A stretch of 64,000 bases of DNA from Vicugna vicugna (GCA_013265495.1 MU057724.1:1441102-1505101); one strand, 5' to 3'. Positions 10,146 to 24,660 are shown, numbered from the stretch's first letter. Numbers and translations are program-made. Notes: generated from the sequence alone by a model not told the origin.

Positions 10146-13100
10146 ACCCAAAAAAGTGAAGTACTTTAGACTTGACAGCTTTTACCCCCACTATCTTAAG
10201 ATAATGTGATATATTTATTGGATGAAAATATCAACTTCGGTTTACTTCTTAAAATTTCACTCACAGACTTGAGTTCTGGAAAGAACGCTTCAGATGGGCT
10301 CGAGGTAACACGACGAATCCCTGATATCACTGGTGGTGTCTGGATTCCCACAGGCACATCTGATCAACCTCCTGCCAAGCAGAGTAAAGAAATAATAACC
10401 TCGGGAGGAGAAGCCCGATGCCGGAGGCGGCAGCCAACGCATTTAATAAAACGAGTGGTGGCCCGAGACCGTGGGCCCCGCGCACTCGCTGAAGCTTGGT
10501 TAGCATGACAGTGTTATTTTTTTGGCCCCCGAATCTCTGGAATCTGTCTAATGCACATTTTATCTTCAAGGAAGAATTTTTGTTGAGGATATACGTGCCA
10601 GAGCTGGCAAGAGACACTTAAGATACCAGTTCTAAGTACGTGTGGTTCCAAGACGGCTGAACAGAGCTGAAGTCAGCATCAGCATGGAGGCCGACTTAAT
10701 CCACGAGAGACCGCCCGCGCTTCTGCCCTTCGAACTGCTTATCAGAAAGTGGAAGGGACGAAAAACCGGTCCTAACACGGACTAAAGGCCGGGGGTAGTG
10801 GGGGAGGCGGGGGGGTGCCTGAGGGTCTGCGGGTCGCCGCTCACAGGTGGTGCCTCTCCCGGGGGCCCCCTCAGACTGGGGTGGCCGGGCCACGTCACGT
10901 CACCCTCGGCAGCTGCTTCTGATCTAGAGAAGGGAGACTGTAAGGGACTGTGTCTCGGGCTGGTTTGAGGGCACTGCTTGTCACAAGGCGCTTCCTTTAT
11001 CTCCCTTCCTTCCCCATCCAGTCCTCCGTTTTCCAAAGTTTTTCTGAAATGGCAGGGAACTCATTCAAGACTGACTGCTGCATCACTGACAGCACCAGAT
11101 GAAGCAGGAGCAGACGACCGACTTCCCTTAAGTTGTGCGAAAACCCTTCACACGACTCTAGAAACGCGTCACTGTGCAGAATCCCCAGCCGCACGGCCGT
11201 GCCTCCGCCTCCATGCGGCCGGCGGACACCCACACTGGGTGTAAAGCAAGGAGCTTAACTGATTTAAAGGGGGCGGCTGTCGACTCTGTGGGCCCCGCTG
11301 ATTTAAATACCTGAACCAGTCGGAGTGCAGGCAGGAAACAGCATCCACCCCAGACGGTCTAAATGCTGAGTCCTGAGGTAAGGGGCGGTGTGTGGTCAAG
11401 ATTCAGGAAGATGACGACGTTTGCTGAACTGTCTAGAAAGGGCAGCCTTTTGACACCACAGCCCGAAGGGGCAGGAAAGAAACAGGCCGACTTCGGTTTT
11501 GTTCTTCCTCCCGATGGCACGTCTGTGATTCCCAGCACTGTCTCCCAGCTGGCAGCCTCTGCAAAGCGTCTGGGGTGAGGCGGCACAGGACAGGGAACGA
11601 TGAGGGGAGACAGCGCGTCTGGGGGAGGAAGTGCAGAGTGACTCTCGCCAGTTAGAATCCTCTCCTGCCCTGCGGTCACCTGGAGAAAATCCCATCCCGA
11701 GCATACGGGAGTCACAAGGTGTCACCGGCCACCGAGATGTCACAAGATGATGTCAGTACTGTTACACTTCCTCCTGGAACCTGCAGTCTGTTAGACCCCA
11801 CTTATGCACTAATGGAATACTGAAGGGGCAGGAAATGATTAAAGGTAAACGCTCGGAGCTGCCACGGCCAGCCCTGCAAAAGGTCACTGGGCCGAGGCTG
11901 AGGTCACCACTTCCTCCTCCCACCAGTCATTTTATGCCCCTTTCCTCCACCAACACCTTCACTCAGTGAGGTTCAGTACCAGGAGTGTGACACAGACGTC
12001 CAGTCCTGACAGACCTCAGTGCTCAGTGGCTTGGCTCTGTGAAGACATCAGCACGTACTGTTGGACACGGGAAGCCCCAGGTGTGTTCTGGGACACCTGG
12101 CTTCCAGCTGTGGCCTCACAGCCCAGATACCTTTAAGAAACCTGGTGTCCTCTTGGCAGGCGGGAGCAGGCGCCTGTGCCAGCAGAGTCCCGTGCTCTCT
12201 GACTGCCCCCACAGTGGCATATGGCACCCAAGATGGCTGCAGAGCATTCCAGCCTCCGGGTCTACACTGCCTTTCTTGGGGGAGGTGGCTTCCTCCAGGG
12301 AACTAAGACCTCCAAACCGTCAAGTTCAAGGGGCGAAGCAGACAGCATGGACTCCTTCGTGGCTGGGAGGTGAGTGAGGGACGCTCAGTATGGCCCCTCC
12401 TCCAGCGCCCACAGACTCCGGTGTTCTGACCACAGGTGGAAACAGCACCGCGCACTGGCTGCACGATTAAAGCGAATGCTTTATCCATATTCCACGCGTG
12501 AGGGGCAGGCGACGGCAGACACGGAGATACACCACTAAGGAACACTGCCCGTCCCAGGGCTGAAGTGTTAGCAGCCAAGTGCCTTCGCGAGTCAGCCCCG
12601 CCAGGGCCTGTCCTGGCTCTGGAGCGGTGCCAAGGGCATGTCCCTCCCCGGCGCAGTCCATGTCCAGGTGGACGATGAGATCCGGCTACTTGGCCCAACA
12701 CGGAACAACCCAGGCCCTTTCAGCTCCAGAATTCCCCAGGGGAGGCGGGAGCGACCAGCCTGAATCACACACCTGTTGGTGCCCATCCCAAGGGTCCTCC
12801 CAGAGAAACACACCATACACGGACCTCTCCCTCAGCCCGTCTCCGGAGGACCCAAACCCCACACACCTCCTCTGAGGCGGGGTCGGGGGCATGCCTGACC
12901 CTTCCACAGCCCCTGCCCCAGGCGTCTCAGGCCAGCGGCTTGTGAGTGATAGAAATTTGCAGTAAGACGGTGAATCCCATGACAAAGGCCCTTCTACACT
13001 CCCTCCCTGTAAGATGAGTCCCTTGGTCAAAGCAGTGCTTTGCGGGCGCCGTCTTGGCAGATGAAGCGTTCGGAACGCCCACAGACAGCAGGGCCGGGCA

Positions 13101-13204
13101 GAAGCATCAGGACAAGGAAAAGAAAGGTAACTCTGAAAATCCTGTTTCCCCATGAGAAACTCACTGTCCCCAGTAGGACGGAAGCTGTCCGGTGTATCAA
13201 ACTC

Positions 13205-13547
13205 CTCCTGAACCCCCGATGTGACCCTGTCAGGAGATGGGCCTTTAGGGGGATAATTAAGATGAAATGAGGTCACAAGGCTGGAGTCCAAGTTCTGTAG
13301 GACCCAGGTCCTCACAGGGAGAGACCCCAGAGAGCCCCTGTCTGGGCTGCATGAAGAAAAGACCGTTTGAGGGCCCAGCGAGAAGACGGCCGGCCGTCTG
13401 CAAGCGGGAGGGGCCCCCACCAGACACCCACCCCGCCGGCGCCCGACTTGGACTTCCAGCCTCTCGAACTGTGACAAGATGCATTCCTGCTGTTTGAGCC
13501 TCCCAGACGGCGGTGTTCTGTCCTGGTAGCCCGAGCTGACTAGTATA
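13205..13547 (+). mobile_element. MLT1A-like MaLR LTR
   Basis: ggagatgggcctttagggggataattaagatgaaatgaggtc...cttggacttccagcctctcgaactgtgacaagat...ctgtttgagcctccca. Confidence 0.85.
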
Positions 13548-14158
13548 ACGTCCTTGCTCAACCAAGTGCTTAACTGAAACCCAAACAGGTCAACAGAGAA
13601 GCGCAGTTGCTAACTGACCACTTAACCAGCACTTAACCGGCACAGCACCGGCCTGTGCGTGGCCCCGGGGGCGGCGGCCGGCCCCGGGCGCCGTCACTGG
13701 CACGCAAGGCTCCGCTGCACGTAGCAGAAAGACAACCTTTCACGTCGAATCAAACACTGAAAACAAGCAGAGACTAGGACGTGTACTACAGAAGGAAGAG
13801 CTACAGAGGAAAGGCAGACTGAACCTGCCCGCAGGTGACACTGAGGTTTAATGAAGAGCAGCGAAGCCCCAGCAAGCTGAACATCCCAGCCCGAAGGGCG
13901 GAGCCGGGGGCCACGCAGAGCCGAGCACGGAGCCCGCGCGGACCAGCCCCGGGCCCCTCGTGCCGAAAGCACCCGTCGTCAGAGCGCCGTGGTCTAACAG
14001 ATTGAAGTAACTGAGTGTAAAGTGTGCTGGGTCTAAATTTTGTGATGTTTACTTGTATTTGATTTACACGCATCAAAGCTTCTGAAAATCGAGCCTCAGT
14101 GTGTTCTTCGTGGTGCAAGAGTGCAAGGAGATTTTTTTGCCTTCTTTGTTACTGATCT

Positions 14159-14198
14159 TGTGTGTGTGTACACGTGTGTGTGTGTGTCTGCACGTGTG
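14159..14198. repeat. (GT)n microsatellite, interrupted
   Basis: tgtgtgtgtgtacacgtgtgtgtgtgtgtctgcacgtgtg. Confidence 0.85.
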
Positions 14199-16101
14199 GG
14201 GACCCTGTGACAACTGCACCCGCCTCGAGCCCTGTCGTGCGGTACGTGCGTCTGTCCTCCTGACGAGGTCAGGTTGGTGCCAAGTGACACCTGACTCGGT
14301 TGTGGTTTGTTCTTCATGTTCTGTTCCTGAAATGGGAGCAGAGGACCCTCGGGGCGGCCAGCAGGGATCCGAAGCCCTCCACCGACACCGGATCTTCTGC
14401 TCGGGCTTCAGGAAGGGCAACCGCCCTGTCTCTGTCCTCGTCAGCTGGAGACGCGGCTCCCAGGGGAGACTGTGGGTCTAACAGGTGCCGACGCGTCTGT
14501 TTCCCGAGTCCTGAGCACGTCAGGAGAGTGAGTCAGTCTGGCCTTTCCACCTCATGAGTCTGAACAATGGACTTTTCCAGCTTTTTAAAAATTGTCAAAA
14601 AGCCTATTGTGCTTCTTAATAAAACATCACAGGCTAATAATTCATTTCAAACATTTCTAAAGATGCTGCGTGGGAGGAACATAATCTTCAGGAAAGAGCA
14701 AAAACAAAACATCAAACCAAAAACGTGGAGATCACTGAATTAAATGTGTCAAGAACAGTGTTTACTGAATCACAACATAATTTTGATTGAACCTGTCTTG
14801 GCATTCATCACTTTCCCAGACCTTAAAGATGACAGTTAAACGGGCAGCCTCGTACCTGTGTTCTAGAATCTCAGTCCTGTGTTCCATCTGCTGTTTATGC
14901 TGCAGACTCTTAGACAGGAGACTCTCCTCCCTTGTCCATTTCCTGTTCCATCCAAGTAGATGAGGCTGAAATTCTGTCTCCTCTTGCAAGGTTATTGAGT
15001 TTTAAGTGGAAATTACAGGGCATAACGAACAATGGACCATGCATAATTTGTAATCAAAAAGAAACACCAATACAAATAGAATTTTCTAACGTAAAAGAGA
15101 TGACTTTTTTCCTTTTTCTTTTCATTAAGTAGGAAAATTCCAGAGACTCTCAGCAGATGAGCAGAAAAGGGGACAGTGTGAGATGGTTCTGCACTGTAAT
15201 AAGATGAGTTAGTAACGAGCAGAGCACACGTCACTGCACTGAAACTCAGTGGAGCTGCTGAAACCAGCTCCACCAAGGCCCAGCTCAGGCCCCGGGGCAG
15301 CGGCCCCGTCCTCCGTCTGGCACTAATTACGGAAATATCTTCTGTATGATGATCCACGACCAGACTGTCTCTCTCAATCTGTTCCACTTCCTTGTTTCAG
15401 CACTGATTTATCCCATTTCTCAGTGACCTTCTATGGGCGCCATGAAAGTTCACGGCTGTTTCATTCACGCTATGTGCACATGATTTGAAGACTAACCTGG
15501 AGAAAGGGCTTTATTTTCCTGGGGAAATTAAAGAAAAACAACCACAGCATATCAGTATTGAAAAACATATTTAAAAGCACAGGCTTCCACTGGAAAAGAA
15601 CTCACAGAGGAAGGAACTCTACTAAAACTAGATCAGTGATTATAGAGAATTACCTTCTCAAGACAAGAGTTTCTGTGTCGTCTTAAGCATGAGATGGCTT
15701 TGTTCTTGAAAGATAAACAATGGATATATTCTTAAATTTTTCCATTTGCAGCTACAGTGAAATCTAGTACACGTCCAAGGGAAAATCTGTGATTTACTAG
15801 TTGGATTGGCAGAATAACAAGTCCACCGATGGACTCAGGAAGAGTGAAGAGACAGGCTGGTCTCTCACGGGCAGTGCTGGTGGCGATGAAAAGGAGGAAG
15901 CGACGACTTTCTGCCAGGATGGGATAAGGGGCGTTCACGGGGAGACAGTCAATCCAGTTCAACAGACATGGGAACCTTTCCTCCAGCAACTGCTGGAAAG
16001 AAATGGCTTATTTCCTGAGGCTCTAATAATTCTATCATATTTTAAGTAAACTGGAAAGAAAAACCAGATTGTCTCAAACGCTGGCAACAAGGAGGAAGAA
16101 C

Positions 16102-16692
16102 ATATTAATTTTCTGTTGCTCTGCAGCCGAGTCCCACAGACTTAGGGACTTAAGAACCACACCCAACCCCTGGGTCAGGAGTCCAGGCCTGGCTCTGCTG
16201 GGCTCTCTGCTCAGAGCCGAACAGGCTGCAACCCCGCTGTGGCTGGGTGCGTTCTCATCCGGAGGCTGGGCCGGGGAGGGATCTGCCGTCTTCATTCCAC
16301 TGGTCGTCCCACAGTGGCTGTGGGGTTGACGACCCTGGGACTTTGCCAGCTGTGAGCTGGAGGCTGCCCGCAGTTCCTGGAAGCCACCTGCAGGCCCCCC
16401 TGCGGGTCTCTGACACGGCCAGTCATGGCTCGAGCCAACCTCCAGGAGGCCCCGCCCCTCCCTCAAGGCCGTCCGTGGCCGGCTGGGGCCTCCAGAGACC
16501 ATCTCCCTCTGGGTTAACTTACCACCCACTGAGGATCTGGAGCCTCAGGTACCGTTAAGACCTTTCACCTTGGCCACGTTCTGTCAGCCGGAAGCAAGTC
16601 ACAGGTCCAATCCACACTCACAAGGACGGGATTACATGGGGCATGAACACCGGGGGACAGAATCAGGGGGTCTCCCCACCGCCTGCTCACCA
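16102..16692 (-). mobile_element. MLT1E/F-like MaLR LTR
   Basis: gggtcaggagtccaggcctggct...ggaagcaagtcacaggtcc..ccacactca..gggattacatggggcatgaacacc. Confidence 0.75.
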
Positions 16693-19600
16693 AGAGGGGA
16701 AAGAACCTCGGCGGCGAGGCCAGGCCCGGGAGCGGAGTTTGCAGGGCTCCCGAGGGGACGTCCGCCCCGTGGTCACCGCGCCGACTCCCCGTCAGGGGCA
16801 GGCTAAGACCTTTAGGCACCTCCATATGCAATTTAAAACAAAAAACAAAGCTACTTACATTAAGAGTAAAGAAACAATGTGTAAAGAAAATCGCCTTTCT
16901 TACGATGACTATGATGACTAATTCAATTTTTTAAACATTGTATTAACACATTTTAAATGTTCCCTTTTTGCTGTTTCTCTGGGCACCTGCATGTTGTGTC
17001 TGCTTACTGGGTGACCCAGTTTTGCTCACAGAAAGAGATTTTATGTCTCACTCACCTGTTTCTGAGAGAGAAAGAGATTTGCTGGGGTATTTGGGTGCAC
17101 TTTCTAGTAACTTAGAGGGTCACCTGTCACACGGAGGAAGGAGCGGAAACAGAGATAATCTATCGTTTTCAAACGTGGCTCAATCTTAAAAAATTAACCA
17201 CTTCTTTTCAAATACATTCATGAAAAATCTACATTTATCCTGAAATGAATTGAAAACATTACAAAGTGTACTAAAGAGCACAATTCTCTTTTGTCTGGTT
17301 TTACTAATTGGCTGCTAAGTAACATTGCCGTAATTAAACTGCCTGTAAAGCCGTTCTCTGCCCCATTTTCTTCTTACACAAAGTACAGTGTTCTTTGCTC
17401 CACATCTAACGTTCTTATTAAACAGTGTTCAAAAGGGAGAAAGCAGGCGCAATTATCTTAAAAATTCTCTCAACTTATTACACATATTACACAGATCCCT
17501 AGTTTCTGCCTTGTGAACTGACTGGTTCTTACCACGTAGAACTGCTGTTCAGCATTTCAGAAGAAAAGGAAACACTGATTTGGAGTCGAGTTGCCTCCAA
17601 AGTCACGGCACATCGCTGAGAAATCTTGGGCTCAGACCTGCCACGTGTTTTGCAGATTTTTCTGCTTCTCCCCTGAGGCTCCGTCAGTGTGCGCCCTCGC
17701 GACCTTGACGCAGCGGCCCCTCTGAGCCCTGGACATAACGGCTGTGAAGTGATTGCAGGGCCGGGCGGCAGCATCCTCTTTGTCTGTCTCCTGAACTGTG
17801 CTGGATGTCAACCTGCGCAGCCCCTAATTAGCGCTCCTACTGGGCCTGCTTGTGTTCAGGCAGCAAGACCAGCTGCGGGGGCGGGTGAACCAGCTGGCAG
17901 GCCTCCTGCTCACCTTGCTTAGGGTTCGTTAATTGTGTCTGAGGGGCTGCGAGGCTCTCAGGGCTGCCTCTGCTCTGCGGGTCCCTCCCCCCACCACCAG
18001 GCCGCAGGGAGCCTCCCCGGGCGGGGGTGGGGGATGCGGACTCGCCACAGGCCCCTCTCCCTCACTGACTGGTTTCACACCAAGGTTATAAAAGCAACAG
18101 AAGCACCGACTGTGAGCTCAGACCACTGCCTTCCTTCTTAAATCATCATGAGAAAACACCAAAAATAGAAAAAGTCATGAAGACTACATTCTTAAAATCT
18201 GGCCTCGGAATAGATCTGCCTTAAATGATTTCACATCGCTGCTCAGCTCTGACCCCCTGCGGGTTCTGGAAAGCAGACCCATGAGCTCGGAGAAGGAACC
18301 GGCGGTACGTTCAGTTCCTGACGGCGTAACCGTGTGGATGAGCAGAACGCGCACCAGGTCACCTGGCAGCGGCGATGCCAGGAGAGGCAGACCGAAGATT
18401 CAAGGTAACACGCGCCGTTAAGCCTCCCGAGGGCTGTTCTATGTTTTGGAGGTGAAGCCAGCAGTGCATGATTCCAGAGCTGCTTAAAGTAACAGTCAAC
18501 AAGGAAATCGTGCTGACTGTCTCACTGAAGAATGCAAATGAACCGCTGAAAAATAAACCCGGGTCTAACAGCACATTAAGAGTCAGGTCCCAGCAGCAGA
18601 GGCAACCATCTCACTGTTAATCTGGTTTTCCTTGCAGAGCAACACCGTGCAGCTTCAGGTGAGTGACGCACAGAGTGAAGCGACGCGTCTACAGACAATC
18701 AGAAGGAATTTGGCCCTTCCCTGCAAAAACGCCGTCACTCTGTTTTCCCGTCTCCCCTTATAATGCTCCTGCCAGTGATGCCAGGAGCAAAAGTGCTGAA
18801 GCGCGGAGCTGCACCTCAGCTGGAAGCCACAGCGACGTCACAGGGAGGTTCTTGTCCGCCTGGAAAACGTGGCTCTGACGGACACCGGGATTCTCCGACT
18901 GATGAAGAATGAAAAGGCGATTGTTTTGGAAAATGTTCTATTTCCTTTAAGAAAAATTAAAGCAAAATTTCTGTTTTCAAGAAAGTACGTCCTTCCAGAC
19001 ACTGTTACTCTGCTTTCTCTTCTACCTCTTTTCTGCTGAATCGTCTGAAACGCGTGACCCAACTCAAATCTCAAGGGAAAGCAGATTCGTCTGCAAGCCT
19101 GTGTGGCAAACCTCTCCTCTACGCTCACTTTCAAAGGAGCAGAGGCATCTGGGAAGAGAACGCACCGTCAGGGAAGAAAGGGTGAGGAACGGAAGCCCCG
19201 ACCCAGGGAGAGAGCCGGGCAGGGAGGGCCGTGGTTCCGGCCCGTGTCCGTGGTGGCCAGTCTCCTCCGCAGGGTTCACCCACCGCAGGTTCACCCGTCT
19301 CGGTGGTGGGACTCACTCAGCGACTGCAATAAAGGCAGAAAGGTCGATTTTATAAAAGCTCAGTGAGACACTGAGAGCCGGGAGAGCCACTGAGGTAGCT
19401 CTCCATCAGATGATCAGACTGTAACGTGAAGGGGCAAGTTCTGACACAGTTCCAGCAGAACGCTTCAAATCTCTGCCCGTGGGCTTTCTCAGACTTTGGG
19501 AACACGGGCACAAGGTGACGGCAGTGAGGGACACCTCTGTCCTCAGCAGCGGTAAATAAGCGGCTTTTCCTGAACTCTCAGGTAGCAGCGCACTAAAGAC

Positions 19601-22600
19601 ACTGGAAAAACTTGAACGCCACTTTATTCAGGGGCTGAGATACAGAGAACTCATGGAATTTCTATTTTTATATTAATTTTGGTTCTACTACTGCAGTTCT
19701 ATTAAACCGGCGGATGAGACCTGTGAAGACACAATTATACATCTAGTCGGACCTCTGTCTCAGGTTTCTTTAACACCAGACCCCTTAGCTCTACCTCGTT
19801 TTTTTAAAACTTGGCTTTGTTTCTGTTCTAATAATGTAAATCTATTATGAACTTTTTGATTTTCTTTTAAATGTCATATGCATCTGTAAACTCGTAAGGA
19901 CACTACTACAAGCTGGGGTTTTTTCCTAAAGCAAAAAGATCCTTTATGCCTTCTCATATTCTTTTTCATTATAGGCTCCTACAAGATAATGAATGAATTA
20001 ATTAATTGAGGGGAAATAAAGCTCGTTTGTCAGCTCAGGAGGCTGGGCTGGACACAGGAGAGCTCACTGAGGAGGAGGCATTGCAGGAACCTGGCCCCGG
20101 GGACCGGGCACTCGGTGATGCCGGAGGTCAGCTTCTCCTTTCTGGGAGGTGGCTTTCCCCGGGGCAGGGGACGTGGCTCCAAGTGCCCCAGCTCTAAGGT
20201 TTCACTCTCAGATCCACGCAGACACCAGGACATCTGTCCATCTCCGATCTGAACTGCCCGGGGAAGAAGGCAGCCGGCCCGGACTGAAATCAATGTTCAC
20301 CCTGGGCACACGATACGATGTCCTGGTTGTTCCCCGTTTCTCATAAAAGTGAGCGTTCAGGCAACCTGAAGTCCCCTGGATGAAGATACTCACTCTAAAG
20401 ATTCACATGAGAGAAGCACGCCTGGAAAAAATGAGGTCTTGATCAGCACGTGACGTCTCTGTCTGTTTCACTTTTGTCTTCAAGTTAGAACAACACACAA
20501 TGTAGACTTGGTTTTAAAAGACACTTATGCATATGAAAACTAACAGGCTTATTTATTTAAAGCATTTCTCCGATCCTTTCATTCACGGCCATAAGCTGTT
20601 AGTCTCTATGACCGTGTGGGTGGCCACAGCTACGCACGGACACAGCTTTCCCGCCGTGTCTTCTGTTAGTGCTTTGGCCTTTCTGGCAGTAAAGTCATCA
20701 CCTTGCGTCTAATGCAACTTGCTAAGGTGGCCGTTGCACTGGGCGATGTGTCATCAGTCCTGGATTCTAAGGTGACCTAAAACAGCAGCAAGGATGCAGA
20801 CTTCCGAGCAGCGGGAGAAACCGATGACTTGACAAATCAGAGTTCAGTGTTTCCTGAGTATAGGTAATTACACGATTCAAATCTAATTTAAAGATAGGTT
20901 TTGTGATTCAGTAACATGGTTAAGCATTCTTTCAAGCAGAATTTTCACTCTCACTTCCACCTGGAAAATCAGAATTGATATCAACATGATGAACTTTTCC
21001 CACCACAAGGTCATAAAGTGGATGAAGCACTGAAAAGTCAGCAGAGGTGATGAGCGGTGAGTTGGCTCCGTGTTACTCAGAAGCATGATCATCAGAATAT
21101 GCTGATATATTTTATTCCAAATATGTGACATGTGGAACAACACAGCTGGTTGTTCATAGATGCGTGTCTCATATTAACATCTTAAAAGTTTGGCAGTAAG
21201 ATTCTGAACCAGCAGGGATGAAATATGCACATTCATAGAAAACAAGCGGCTATTTGATAACGTTAAGCAGCATTTGCTTAGAGATTAAAACCTGAAAAGG
21301 ACCTTCACATCCATCACTACATTTGGTTCTTCTAGCCCGATGTTACTGTTGTTTGAAAGAGAACATTGTAACTGAGAAATGTTACATGATTGAGAAAAAA
21401 GCTTGTGGCACAGTGGAACCCACATCTGGGATACTCTGAATTTAACTTCTTCCACCTGTAAGTTGTGTCACATTCTTTTGGATGTTTAATACTAATTTAG
21501 CATTTTTATGAGAAATAAACCTCATTACCCAGCAATGCCGTTCTTTATGTTACATGTACAGAGTATTATATTTGGGTAGAATGTGTTTTCTTATTCCCAC
21601 CTCTTTTGGTACAAACAAGGGAAATGGACACTTCGGCTTGAAACCCAGATATGAAACGTTCCGGCCTCTGAGTATCGTGGTGATTCAGCAAGTGAGCCGG
21701 CCACACGCCTGCTGCTGTCGGGACGGGAGACCCACCGGGCGCGCCTGCGCTGACCTGAACCTCGGGCCTCTCCTGGGTAAGACCAGCTCTCACACACGAG
21801 GGAGCCGTGTTTGCCGAAACTCGCGCAGCCGATCCTGGCTTGGTGGCCATTTTATTCCGGGCCCCATTCCTAGCAGGCAGGGTCATCACCAGTTTTCCAC
21901 CAACTGCAAAGATACCCTTTCCTATTCCCGTGTGATCTGGGAAGGTTTCTTCGCGTATCGAAGACGCAAACCTTTTTACCAACGCCAAGCAACACTGCGC
22001 GTACCAACGTCCCCGTCTGAACCTGCAAGGTGACAGCCCCCAGCGGAACGTCGGGCTTTTGCAGGTGTTCAGCGTTTTTTCAACCTCATCGGCTTACCCA
22101 GTTCTCTTGATTTATTCAGCTGGAGACGCTGTCAGGTCTTCTCTGACAAGGCCGTATGTTTTGCAAATCAAATTCTCACACCTTTCTCTGCTATTTAGTG
22201 AAGACATTTGTCATGTAAGTGCCGGCACCAGAACCGCGCCTGCCACTTTGGCATTTTGCTTGCAAATTCTTTACAAGTGCGATTATTGCTCTTCACCACG
22301 GTTGAGCCTTAAAGAGAGAGCGCGTTGTGAGTTGGTCCTTCTCCCATCCCAGAGGGTCCTGCTTAGGCGTGAATTACCAGGGCGTTTTGACGTCCTGTAT
22401 GTGGCAAACCAAAGGCCTCCTCTCACCGCCTCCACCAGCAAAACGTCGCCCACGGCTCGCGGCGGCAGTCCCGGGTGTACCGTTGTTGGGTCCCCATCCA
22501 CGGTGAGAAGACGGTGGGAGACGCTATGCGATTCCAGGCCATCACCCACTGAGTCGGGACTCAGCGAACGAAAGGGAACCTGCTAAGGCTGACACTGGCA

Positions 22601-23474
22601 GATCGGCTTGGCAAGATCCAGGAGCATCCGTTTCAGTGACTTCACCCCCAAAAAACATCTTCGGAATAAACACCAAGCTTTAGAAACCCCAGCGTTCCAG
22701 CTGCACTGCAGTGCCTGCGTGGGTTCAGCGTGGTAGCCACACTGTCAGAAAGGATCCTCTGTGCTGTTTCCAACATGGGTCGCTGTTCAACCAAACGGTG
22801 GGTCAGGAGAGTCCTGTGTGGAACCTGTGACATAAGCGCCCAGCAAAAACACTTGGGACGTGAACACAATAATAAAATGGGTCCTCTACAGCTTTTTGCT
22901 TATTTGATGCCGAAGATACAATCCTCTCAGAGAGGCCCAGTGCCCCAGTGTCGCCGGAATGCTCAGACCACCTTTCTGCTCACGTGGAATTCTGTCCCTG
23001 CGTGCGCCGTGTCTCCACTTCTGCAAACTGCTGTCATCCTGTCATTCCCCTTGGGTGTGGCTTGTGACATCACTTAAGTCTCAACCAGCCTAAGCTAAAA
23101 AGGCAAAAAAACAGACAGCCAGTTTGCTGGTCTGCAGTTCATAAGCTGACTGCTACAGTAACTGGCACGAGAAACCAGGACTTAACGTCCGCTCTCACGG
23201 GCTGAAGGCCAGCGAGGTCAGCACTCAGTTACCGGACACCCGGCGGCTCTGAGCACCAGCAGGGCGACGACACGCCGCACGAAGCGTCCGTGCAGGGCCA
23301 GGCTTTGTTCGGGCCGCGGGCCTACAGCCCACGTCCTTAGGACGGCGCACAGAGTGCCGGGGGTGCAGGACGGGATGGCCACTTTTTACCTGCGCTGTAG
23401 AGCTTTGCAATTAAAAATGACAATGTTTTATGTTTTGGCTTGAATTACGGTCATAAAATGAGCATTTGAAGAAC

Positions 23475-23622
23475 TGAAGCACAGTTGACTTGCAGTGTTG
23501 TGTTGGCTTCCAGCGGACAGCAGAGTGATGCAGTCACACACGTGCGTTCTTTTTCAGGCTCTTTTTCATTGCAGGTCATGGCAGCTTTGAGGGCAGCTCC
23601 CTGCGCTGCAACACGGGTCCTT
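23475..23622 (-). mobile_element. Cetartiodactyl-type L1 3' tip, GC-shifted
   Basis: gaagcacagttgacttgcagtgttgtgttggcttcc...ctccctgcgctgcaacacgggtcctt; homologous to 8014-8175. Confidence 0.7.
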
Positions 23623-23659
23623 CTGTCCCCGTCCCCCAGGCCCTCAGGACGGCTAGTTT

Positions 23660-24660
23660 CCGCTTTTCTCTCAGTCTGTTCCCTCTCTGTCTCTGTTTTT
23701 GCCTCCAGCCCTGCTCATCTGCCTTCAGCTTCGTGGACTCCACTCCGCCATCCCCTCTCTACTTTTGAGCCCAACCAGTGAGTGTATATAGTTCAGTGAT
23801 TTTTTTTTTAGTTCTATAATTTCAGTTTGGTTCTTTTTTATAACTTCTATTTTTCTTGGATTTTATATTTTCACTTATTTCAAGATTATAATACTTGCTG
23901 AATAATTTTTGAAGGCTACTATAAAAACCTTGTCACCTAATGTCCACACCTGACTCATCTCCATGCTGGCATCCACTCATCATCTTCTCACACTGGAATT
24001 GTGGTTTTTCCGCCTCTTTGTATAAGGAGTGATTTTGTATCGTATGGTGGACATTTAAAAAGTGTGTTTTGAAGCTCTGAATCCTATTATTTGTACTCCT
24101 CTTTCTTTATGAGTTTTTAAACCAGCAGGCCCCTCTGCGGCACAGCCGGCAGGCTGCGTCCTCCGTCTCTCCGCCCTGGCAGCGGGGGTGCCTCACTCAC
24201 TCGGATGCCACCTGCGGACACCTGCCGGGAGAGGGTGGGTTTCTGGCCCCAGCACTGCCTCGTGGCCTTTGAGAGGCGGTGTGAGCTCGGGTGGAGGGGG
24301 CCCAGAGCTCAGCGCAAGGCGGAGCGTGGACGACGGGCTCACATCACCTTGTTGCTACAGGACAGGGCTGGATGCTCAGCTCACCGCTGGCCCCGCCGAC
24401 AGCAGTGGGGGTGCAGGGGGAGCACGGACTAGCCCCACACGCACAGCCGCACTGACGCTGGCTGAGGAGGGGTCCGGCTCCCTGCTGGGTCTCTGTGGAG
24501 GAACCCAAGCACCACCTGCTTCCACTGGCTGGAGGTGGGAGGTCAGGTTCCCACTCAGCTTGCTGACAAGGCTTCGAGTTCAGCCCCTTTCACTGAGCAG
24601 GGGTGGGGCTGTCACCCCGCCTCGGGGGGATTCGGTGGTGCCTGCCTCTGCCCAGGAGGC
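23660..24660 (-). mobile_element. Old L1M 5'/ORF1 region
   Basis: ttttgagcccaaccagtgagt...tttttagttctataatttcagtttggttctttttta, followed by degenerate 5'UTR-type subrepeats. Confidence 0.55.

Noticed and set aside
12686..13561. Longest ORF (291 aa, minus strand)
   Set aside because: It runs through an MLT1A LTR and GC-rich DNA, starts at a non-ATG codon and has no domain-like content.
13560..13650. Short cttaac/ctaact repeats as an array
   Set aside because: Only a few degenerate units with no regular spacer structure; CRISPR is not applicable in mammalian DNA.
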